Assembly (NCBI GenBank): GCA_021799495.1
Contig: JAJZAI010000002.1
Coordinates: forward strand, 7,157 to 71,156
Length of the DNA stretch: 64,000 nt
From: Deltaproteobacteria bacterium
GTDB lineage: Bacteria > Desulfobacterota > Binatia > Binatales > Binataceae
Reading direction: 5' to 3'
In this document: positions 57,149 through 64,000 of the stretch, piece by piece
Position numbering within the stretch: position 1 is the first letter of the stretch
Layout of the letters: the number at the start of each line of letters is the position of its first letter
The notes under the pieces: model-generated
Told to the model about the DNA's origin: nothing
Database searches by the model: none
What the model saw: only the letters and a program-made list of their open reading frames with translations
Translations under genes and position numbers: made by a program

Positions 57149-58654
57149 GTGACCGTTCGCACGCGTTACGCGCCGAGTCCGACCGGCGCGCTGCATATCG
57201 GCAACGTCCGCTCCGGGCTGTTCGCCTATCTTTTCGCGCGCCATAACCGCGGCGCATTCGTCCTGCGGATCGACGATACCGATCGCGAACGCTCGACCAG
57301 TGAATCGCTCGACGAGATTCTGGAGAGCCTCGGATGGCTCGGCGTCGATTGGGACGAAGGGCCGCCCGACGCGCGCTACTTCCAGTCGAATCGGTTCGAT
57401 CGTTATCGCGAAGGCGCGCTGAAATTGTTGCGTGAGGGCAAGGCCTATCGATGCGACTGCACGGCGGCCGATCTCGACGCGATGCGCAAGCAGGCCGAAC
57501 GGGAGCATCGCAAACCCGGCTACGACGGCCGCTGCCGCGATAAGCGGACGGCGGCGGAACTGGCGAATACGGAATTGCCCGACAAGCGCGCCGGCCGCGA
57601 TTACACAATCCGCTTCCGCTCTCCGCGCGAGGGCGTGACGGTGGTTGACGACCTGATCAAAGGACGCGCGGCGTTCGACAACCGGGAACTCGACGACCTG
57701 ATTATTTTCCGTTCCGACGGCGTGCCGACCTACAATTTCGCAACCGTGCTCGACGACGCCGATTTCGGCATGACGCATATCGTGCGCGGCGACGACCATC
57801 TGCCGAATACGCCCCGCCAGATGCAGATTTTTTACGCGCTGGGATTGCAGCCGCCCGCGTATGCGCATCTGCCGATGGTGATGGGGCCGGACGGGCAGAA
57901 GCTCTCCAAGCGCCACGGCGCGACTTCCGTTTTCGCCTATCGTGACCTTGGCTATTTTCCCGAAGCGCTGCTCAACTACTTGGTGCGTCTGGGATGGTCG
58001 CACGGGGATCAGGAAATCTTTTCGCGCGCCGAGATGATCGAGTTTTTCGACTTCGCGGAGTGCGGAAAATCCGCCGGCATTTTCAACGCGGAAAAGCTGC
58101 TCTGGCTGAATTTCCATTACATGAAGACGCTGCCGATCGAGCGTCTGGTCGAGGATGTCAAGCCGTTTATCGCGCGGCGCGGATGGAAAATTCCGGGCGA
58201 CGATGCGTGGCTCGCGAAGATGATCGCGACGCTGCGCGAGCGCGCCAAAACGCTCGTCGAGCTGGTCGATTTCGCGAGCTTCTATCTCAACGACGAAATC
58301 GCGATCGATCCAAAAGCCGCGGCGAAGTTTCTAACGCCCGAAATCGCTCCGAAGCTGGCCGCGCTGGCCGACGAGATCAAGTCGCTTCCCGCTACATCGA
58401 GAGTCGAGGCCTCGATTGAGGCCGGCTTTGCCCGCATCTCCGCCGAAATAGTCGAGGCGTCGATTCAGGACGGCTTTGCCCGCGTGCTCGAACGCTTCGC
58501 CATGAAGCTTGGAGAGCTCGCTCAGCCGGTTCGGGTCGCGCTGACGGGCGGTACGGTCAGCCCCGGAATTTATGAAGTCATCGCCGTGCTCGGCCGCGAT
58601 CGTACCGTGCGTCGGTTACGCGCCGCCGCGAGCGCCTGCTCCGGCGCGTCGTGA
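57149..58654 (+). CDS. gltX: Glutamate--tRNA ligase
   Basis: The GTG at 57149 (VTVRTRYAPSPTGALHIGN) is preferred over the TTG at 57131. It has HIGN (HIGH) and KLSKR (KMSKS) motifs. The C-terminal domain contains a 48-nt tandem duplication. Confidence 0.9.
   Translation: MTVRTRYAPSPTGALHIGNVRSGLFAYLFARHNRGAFVLRIDDTDRERSTSESLDEILESLGWLGVDWDEGPPDARYFQSNRFDRYREGALKLLREGKAYRCDCTAADLDAMRKQAEREHRKPGYDGRCRDKRTAAELANTELPDKRAGRDYTIRFRSPREGVTVVDDLIKGRAAFDNRELDDLIIFRSDGVPTYNFATVLDDADFGMTHIVRGDDHLPNTPRQMQIFYALGLQPPAYAHLPMVMGPDGQKLSKRHGATSVFAYRDLGYFPEALLNYLVRLGWSHGDQEIFSRAEMIEFFDFAECGKSAGIFNAEKLLWLNFHYMKTLPIERLVEDVKPFIARRGWKIPGDDAWLAKMIATLRERAKTLVELVDFASFYLNDEIAIDPKAAAKFLTPEIAPKLAALADEIKSLPATSRVEASIEAGFARISAEIVEASIQDGFARVLERFAMKLGELAQPVRVALTGGTVSPGIYEVIAVLGRDRTVRRLRAAASACSGAS
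58403..58498 (+). repeat. 48-nt tandem duplication inside gltX
   Basis: Unit 1 is 58403..58450 and unit 2 is 58451..58498. The first 33 nt of the two units differ at 3 positions. They encode VEASIEAGFARISAEI and VEASIQDGFARVLERF. Confidence 0.8.
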
Positions 58655-58697
58655 TGCGCGCGACCCGGCCTGGGGAACGCGACGCCGGCGGGCCGAT

Positions 58698-60296
58698 TCA
58701 GTGGCCGGCGCCGCCGCCACCGGCTGCCTTTTTAAGCAGCATGAATGACGGGATGAAGATCGCGGCCAAGACGGCCAGCCCCCGGTAGATATCATTGTAG
58801 GCGAGCAACGAAGCCTGCGCCTGAATCGACTGATAGACCATCCCGAGGCCCTGTTTCTGATTTGTCGCCAGTTCCTGCGCGAAATTGAAAACCGGCGCGC
58901 CCGGCATCCGCGGCGCCTGCTGGCTTATCCGCCACGCGTCGAATACCGAGAAATGCTGCACCAGGTACGCCTGATGGGTCTGCTCGCGGCTGTTGAGAAG
59001 ATTGGTGACCAGCGAGATGCCGATCGCCGAACCCGTGTTGCGCATCATGTTGTAGAGGCTGGCCGCGAAACCCATCCGTTCTTTTTCGACGCACGAGAGC
59101 GTGGTCGCGGACAAGGTCGGGAAAATCAGGCCGCTGCCGGCGCCGGACAGGATGATCGGCAAAGCCAGTGACCACGTGTTCACCTGCAAGTCCCAGTGGC
59201 CCATCATCCAGGTGGCGTAAGCGACGATTGCGAAGCCGACGCCCACGAACGGACGCATATCGACGCCGCGGCGCGAAAGCTGCCCGACCATCAGCATCGT
59301 GACCAGCGTTCCGAATCCGCGCGGCGCCACGGCCACGCCCGCCTTCCATGCGTTGTAACCGAGCAGGTTTTGCAAAAAGAGCGGGTTGAGCAGGTTGGTG
59401 CCGTACAGAATCATGACCATCGCCATGATCGTCAGCACCGAAGTGTTGAAGACCGGAATCTTCATGATGGTCAGGTCGAGCACGGGATCGGGAAAATGCA
59501 GCTCGTGCCAGAACATCAGGATGATCGCCGCGATCGAACCGGCGGTGAAATAGCAAACCCACGGGGAATGGAACCAATCGGCGCGCTGGCCGCGATCGAG
59601 CACGATTTGCAGCAGTCCGAGCCCCAGCGTCAGGTAGAGCATGCCCGGCCAATCGATACGCCGGCTGGTGCGATTGCGGCCGCCGAGATACGCCGGATCG
59701 TGAACGAACCAATAGACCATCACCGCCGCGAGCGAACCGATCGGCAGGTTGATGTAGAAATTCCAGCGCCAGTTCCAGTTGTCCGTAATCCATCCGCCGA
59801 GGGTTGGTCCGAGCACCGGCGCGGCCATCAAGCCCACTCCCCACATTGCCATCGCCAACCCCTGTTCGGCGGGAGGGAAGGTCTCCATCAGGATAGCCTG
59901 CGACGACGGAATCATCGCCGCGCCGGCCGCCCCCTGAATCAGCCGGAACACGACCATCTGGGTTAGCGTCTGCGCCGCGCCGCACAATCCCGAAGCGAAG
60001 ACGAAAACGACCACGGAGATCATGAAATAGCGCTTGCGGCCAAAGCGGGCCGAAATCCATCCGGTGAGCGGAATCATGATTCCGTTGGAAACCAGATAGC
60101 TGGTCAGGACCCACGTGATTTCATCGACGCTGGCGGAAAAGCTGCCCTGCATGTGCGGCAGGGCGACGTTGACGATCGAAGTGTCGAGCACTTCGAGCGT
60201 CGCGCCTAGCATCACGGCCAGCGCCACCAGCCATTTATGCGATTCGGCGCGATGCTGCTCGACGGAAGCGCCCGTCAGCTTGGGAGCGGTCGCCAT
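58698..60296 (-). CDS. MFS transporter, DHA2 (EmrB/QacA-like, 14-TMS) drug efflux family
   Basis: 532 aa with LDTSIVNVALP, a motif-A-like GWISARFGRKR and about 14 hydrophobic segments. Confidence 0.88.
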   Translation of the reverse strand: MATAPKLTGASVEQHRAESHKWLVALAVMLGATLEVLDTSIVNVALPHMQGSFSASVDEITWVLTSYLVSNGIMIPLTGWISARFGRKRYFMISVVVFVFASGLCGAAQTLTQMVVFRLIQGAAGAAMIPSSQAILMETFPPAEQGLAMAMWGVGLMAAPVLGPTLGGWITDNWNWRWNFYINLPIGSLAAVMVYWFVHDPAYLGGRNRTSRRIDWPGMLYLTLGLGLLQIVLDRGQRADWFHSPWVCYFTAGSIAAIILMFWHELHFPDPVLDLTIMKIPVFNTSVLTIMAMVMILYGTNLLNPLFLQNLLGYNAWKAGVAVAPRGFGTLVTMLMVGQLSRRGVDMRPFVGVGFAIVAYATWMMGHWDLQVNTWSLALPIILSGAGSGLIFPTLSATTLSCVEKERMGFAASLYNMMRNTGSAIGISLVTNLLNSREQTHQAYLVQHFSVFDAWRISQQAPRMPGAPVFNFAQELATNQKQGLGMVYQSIQAQASLLAYNDIYRGLAVLAAIFIPSFMLLKKAAGGGGAGH

Positions 60297-60829
60297 TTCA
60301 GTTCCGCGACGCCATTGCGTTCACGAGAGTCCACCCTGCGATTTGACGCGACCGGCACGCCGGCAACGCTCAAACCGCAAATCTGCCCTTTCTTAATGAT
60401 CCCCGCTTGCGGAGGTCTCCGATTCCAGTCGGATATCGGGATTTTGAGTTTAATCTAAGCCAAATCCATGCCACTTATCATCGGGACGGTTCACCAATCT
60501 GGCCTTTCATAGCATTATTTGGCAGGCCATACGATTGAATTCGTGAAATGTTTTCTCGCAATTTGCGAATGCGGCCTGTGCTGAATGCTAGAAATCCTCG
60601 TTCTGAACCGGGTCGAAGCTTACTCTCTTTTGAGGAAGATTCCGAATCGGGCGGAGCCGAAACGCCGCGGCATACGAAAGGGCCGCGGACGCATGGTTCG
60701 GTAGCTTGGGATCGAATTTATTGAAACGCCGGGAACGGAGGCGCCATCCGCGCCGAAACCGCCGCAAGCATCCGGCGGGACGGTGCGAAAATTGCGCTCT
60801 AAATAATAAAAAGCGGGGGAAATTATCGG

Positions 60830-61051
60830 TCAGGCCGCGTGCATCCCGCGCGGAAGTTCGCGCCAGCAGGGGCCGCAAAGCGCCCAAATCTCATCGCCTT
60901 CGAGCATCACGAGCACGCCTGCGATCGCTTCGCCGATATTAAGGCATCGCCGGCACACCAGTTCAGCGCCACGGGAGCGGGCGGCGGCCGACAGCGCGGC
61001 GAGACTGGAGGCGTCCTCGATGGTTTCGATCTGGATCAGTTCGCTTTGCAT
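60830..61051 (-). CDS. Hypothetical 73-aa CxxC...CxxC protein
   Basis: The ATG at 61051 is preceded by AGGTGA. The ORF has normal high GC but sits between low-GC non-coding flanks. It carries the CRRC and CGPC motifs. Confidence 0.45.
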   Translation of the reverse strand: MQSELIQIETIEDASSLAALSAAARSRGAELVCRRCLNIGEAIAGVLVMLEGDEIWALCGPCWRELPRGMHAA

Positions 61052-61304
61052 GCGTCGTCACCTGTCCGCGTGAACGGCTGTTCATAGGGATCGCCATCCT
61101 CATGTATCTTTATGCTTTAAGATTGTCAAGTGATGCAAAATAATCTCTAAGTTGTTTATTCTGCTAACTTGTGGTCAGGATTTTGCTAACTTTCGGTGGA
61201 CAAAAACCGCCGCCCACCGCTGACTGGATGTCCAGCGGATTGACCGGCAGTCAGCAGGCGCGGGAATCGAACGAAGCGGCGTGGCCGGGCCGGCCGATGG
61301 GCTC

Positions 61305-61339
61305 GAAAAACGGGAGCGTGGTCGCCCACGCTCCCGTTT
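61305..61339 (-). terminator. Rho-independent terminator after the amidohydrolase gene
   Basis: The minus strand reads acgggagcgtgg-gcga-ccacgctcccgt followed by TTTTT. Confidence 0.75.
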
Positions 61340-61385
61340 CAGCACTGCGAAAGCCGCCCGCGGAAATTCTTTGCGGCGTTGTGAA

Positions 61386-62612
61386 TCAGATCAAATTGAA
61401 GGCCCGTGCGACGTTCTCGCCGAGCACGCCACGCCGCGCCGACGTGGTCATCCCGGCGACCATCCCGCGCAGTTCTTCAAGGTAATTTCCCGGATGGTCG
61501 GGATGCGGATAGTCGGAGGCCCAGAAGAAACGGTCTTCGCCGACGAGTCCGGTCAGCGCGGCGATCGAGCGTTCGTCGGGGTCGGCCGAGATGTAGCACT
61601 GGCGCTTGAAGTAGAACGACGGCCGTTCCTTGAGCGGCACCGTGCCGCCGAGCGCGGTGCGCCGGTAAATCGCGTCGCCGCGATCGAGCCAGTACCCGAT
61701 CCATCCCGCGCCCGATTCGAGCACCACGGCGCGCAGGCGCGGGAACTTGTCGAAGACGCCGAACTGGAACAGCGTGCCGAACGCTTGCGGCACGCCCGCC
61801 GCCGCGAACAAATCGAGGAACCAGTCGGCCCAAGCGATATCCTCGAACCGCTGATGCACGCTGAACTGCGGCGGCTCTAGCGTCGGATGGATCGCGAGCG
61901 GCACGCCGAGGTTCTGCGCCGCCGCGAACAGCACATCGTGATCGGGATGGCCGTGCGGCTTGCGCGTGATCGTGAACGGACAGACGAACGCGCCTTTGCA
62001 TCCGTCTTTCACCGCGCGCTCCAGCTCGCGCGCGGCGGCCGCCGGATCGCCCAGCGACAGATGCGCGATCGGCACGAGCCGTCCGCCCGAGTCGCGGCAG
62101 AAGTCCGCGATCCAGCGGTTGTAGGCGCGGCAATAGGCGCCGCTCAGCTCCGCATCGAAGAGCTCGGCTTCCCACAACAGGCCGATCGTCGGATAGAGCA
62201 CGCTTTTCGCCATGCCCTCGCGTTCGAGCAATTGCAGCCGCTCCTTCATGTCCATCGCGCCGAACGCCGCGCCGCCCACGTACGATTCTTTCGGCGCCAC
62301 GCTTTCGAGACTGTCGAAGAAGCCGTGTTTCTGGCCCGATCGTTCGGCCATCTTGCCGCGCTGCTCGGCGTTGATATTTTCGATCTGGTCGCCCAGCTCC
62401 TGCAGCGCCTTCATCCCGCCCAGCGACGCCAGCAGAGTCGGCGAGGTCAGCACCGCGCGCTTGCCGTCGATTTCGAGATATTCACGCCCGTCGTCGCCGA
62501 CCCGGATTCGGATCGCACGATCACGGTATTTGGGTTCCAGGTAACGTTCCCATAAATCCGGCGGCTCGAGAATGTGGCCGTCGGCGTCGATCAGCAGTTC
62601 CTCGCTCGGCAT
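61386..62612 (-). CDS. Amidohydrolase-2 family (ACMSD-like metal-dependent hydrolase/decarboxylase)
   Basis: 408 aa. It has N-terminal IDADGHILEP, and WASDYPHPD near the C-terminus. Confidence 0.75.
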   Translation of the reverse strand: MPSEELLIDADGHILEPPDLWERYLEPKYRDRAIRIRVGDDGREYLEIDGKRAVLTSPTLLASLGGMKALQELGDQIENINAEQRGKMAERSGQKHGFFDSLESVAPKESYVGGAAFGAMDMKERLQLLEREGMAKSVLYPTIGLLWEAELFDAELSGAYCRAYNRWIADFCRDSGGRLVPIAHLSLGDPAAAARELERAVKDGCKGAFVCPFTITRKPHGHPDHDVLFAAAQNLGVPLAIHPTLEPPQFSVHQRFEDIAWADWFLDLFAAAGVPQAFGTLFQFGVFDKFPRLRAVVLESGAGWIGYWLDRGDAIYRRTALGGTVPLKERPSFYFKRQCYISADPDERSIAALTGLVGEDRFFWASDYPHPDHPGNYLEELRGMVAGMTTSARRGVLGENVARAFNLI

Positions 62613-62776
62613 TTGTCCCTCCGTGAATTGGCGGCGAGAAATATATCGCCGCCGGCGCGCCGCCCCATCGGCGCTCCGATGCCGCGACTATAGGGCGGGT
62701 CGGCGGGCGTTCGCAAACCAGCCGAACGTTTGTTTGGGAGCCGGTTCGATTTGGATGCATGGTTTACGCGCGCCGG

Positions 62777-62830
62777 TTGACAGGCGGCGGCCACGTAATT
62801 AGTTTGAAATCAAATCATTTGAATTAAAAT
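62777..62830 (+). promoter_or_regulatory. Promoter (TTGACA-17-TAGTTT) with overlapping TTTGA-aa-TCAAA inverted repeat and TTTGRA direct repeats upstream of marR
   Basis: TTGACA at 62777..62782 and TAGTTT at 62800..62805. The inverted repeat tttgaaatcaaa lies at 62803..62814, and further TTTGAA/TTTGGA copies lie downstream. Confidence 0.45.
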
Positions 62831-62861
62831 TGTTTGGATTGAAAGGATTGGCCGCGCCGCG

Positions 62862-63320
62862 ATGGCTACCCGGTTCAAAGGCTCCGCTCGCGAAATTCGC
62901 GCGCTCGACGCTTACATCAAGCTCACCCGCGCGTCAGAAACGCTGGCGGCGATGCTCGCGCGCCCGCTCGCGCGCGAAGGATTGACCACCGCCCAGCTCG
63001 GCGTGCTCGAGGCGCTGCTGCATCTCGGCGCGATGAACGAGCGGGAGTTGGGCCGCAAGCTATTGCGCAGCGGCGGCCATATCACCACCGTGCTCGACAA
63101 TCTGGAGCGGCGGGGGTTGATTCGCCGCGCGCGCGGCGCGGAAGACCGGCGATGCGTATTCGTCAGTCTCACGCCCAAGGGACAAAATTTGATCGGCCGC
63201 GTTTTTCCGGCGCACGCCGAACGGATCGCGCTGGCGATGGGCGCGCTGAGCGCCGCCGAGCAGGACGAACTGGGCCGGTTATGCCGCAAGCTCGGGCGCG
63301 CGGCGCACGAACCGGCCTGA
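62862..63320 (+). CDS. MarR-family transcriptional regulator
   Basis: 152 aa with a winged-helix region (LTTAQLGVLEALLHLGAMNERELGRKLLRSGGHITTVLDNLERRGLIRR). Confidence 0.8.
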   Translation: MATRFKGSAREIRALDAYIKLTRASETLAAMLARPLAREGLTTAQLGVLEALLHLGAMNERELGRKLLRSGGHITTVLDNLERRGLIRRARGAEDRRCVFVSLTPKGQNLIGRVFPAHAERIALAMGALSAAEQDELGRLCRKLGRAAHEPA

Positions 63321-63332
63321 AGGAGAAGAACC

Positions 63333-64000
63333 ATGATCGTCATCCGCAAAGCTGAGGAACGCGGGCGCACCGGCGCCGATTGGCTCGACAGCCGCCATTC
63401 GTTTTCGTTCGCCGAATATTACGATCCTCGCGAGATGGGCTTCTCGCGGCTGCGCGTGATCAACGACGACCGGATCGCGCCGGGCGGCGGCTTTCCGCCG
63501 CATGCGCATCGGGACATGGAGATCGTCACCTACGTGCTCGACGGCGCCGTGCGCCATCGCGACAGCCTCGGCAACGGTTCGGTGATCGAGGCGGGCGAGG
63601 TGCAGCGGATGAGCGCGGGAACGGGCGTGACCCACAGCGAATTCAACGCATCGGCCTCCGCGCCGCTGCATCTGTTGCAAATCTGGATCGAACCGGATCG
63701 CCGCGACCATCAGCCGGGTTATGAGCAGCGCCGTTTCGCGCAGGATCGCAAGCTCAACCGGATGCTGCTGATCGCGTCGCCCGACGGACGCGAAAATTCG
63801 CTGCGGCTCAATCAGGATGCGCGGATTTACGCGGGCGTACTCGAACCCGGCCATCCGCTCGAGTTCGCCACCGCCCCGAAGCGCCATCTGTATGCGCACC
63901 TGGTGCGCGGCGCGGCGGCGTTGAACGGAATCGCGATGCGCGCGGGCGACGGCGCCAAAATTACCGGCGAAAGCGCGCTGACGCTCGCGCCGGTTGAAGT
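63333..64000 (+). CDS. Pirin-family protein (partial; runs off the window end)
   Basis: The ATG at 63333 follows AGGAGA. The cupin metal motif is PHAHRDMEIVTYVLDG...H, with HSFSFAEYYDP at the N-terminus. It is absent from the track because no stop lies in the window. Confidence 0.8.
   Translation, partial: MIVIRKAEERGRTGADWLDSRHSFSFAEYYDPREMGFSRLRVINDDRIAPGGGFPPHAHRDMEIVTYVLDGAVRHRDSLGNGSVIEAGEVQRMSAGTGVTHSEFNASASAPLHLLQIWIEPDRRDHQPGYEQRRFAQDRKLNRMLLIASPDGRENSLRLNQDARIYAGVLEPGHPLEFATAPKRHLYAHLVRGAAALNGIAMRAGDGAKITGESALTLAPVE

Noticed and set aside
60548-60724. 58-aa plus-strand ORF inside the low-GC island. The 99-aa minus ORF 60588..60887 and the ORF at 60706..60942 were considered with it.
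   Set aside because: There is no SD. The sequences are Arg/Ser/Pro-rich and non-protein-like, and the ORFs overlap one another. They are most likely non-coding.

Overview
This is a GC-rich bacterial chromosomal window. Third codon positions are overwhelmingly G/C, which produces many long antisense shadow ORFs in the six-frame track. I call about 60 protein-coding genes. I found no rRNA or tRNA gene, no CRISPR array and no recognisable transposase or integrase. Most of the content is housekeeping: manB-manC; a class A PBP; a Mo-enzyme, cupredoxin and chrA; trmI; secF; an iscS-iscU-iscA-hscB-hscA-iscX cluster; a dnaJ-like/merR-like pair; tilS-ftsH; folP-cdaA-cdaR-glmM-pdxJ-nnr; tsaE; lysC-cimA-cysE; nifS-like-mnmA-mtaB-rnc-era-der; guaA-gltX; an MFS efflux pump; and amidohydrolase, MarR and pirin genes. 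Many adjacent genes overlap by 4 nt (ATGA/GTGA), which suggests translational coupling. The strongest candidate for something new lies at 27.1-31.5 kb. There an in-frame TGA (31210..31212), followed by a SECIS-like hairpin, joins two track ORFs into one 178-aa selenoprotein with the motif U-G-S-C-T-T-C. Its start overlaps the stop of a 532-aa gene that fuses a thioredoxin-fold domain (CPTC) to an uncharacterized domain, and thiolase-fold and SDR genes lie upstream. Other items worth a second look: two paralogous secreted Gly/Trp/His-rich proteins with matching terminators (21.4-22.6 kb); two small zinc-ribbon genes in front of a secF that has no adjacent secD; an IscR-type operator in front of iscS with no iscR gene; a nested inverted-repeat element between der and guaA; and a low-GC non-coding island around a 73-aa CxxC protein (60.3-61.4 kb). 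All functional calls rest on motifs read by eye and on remembered family signatures. No database search was run.
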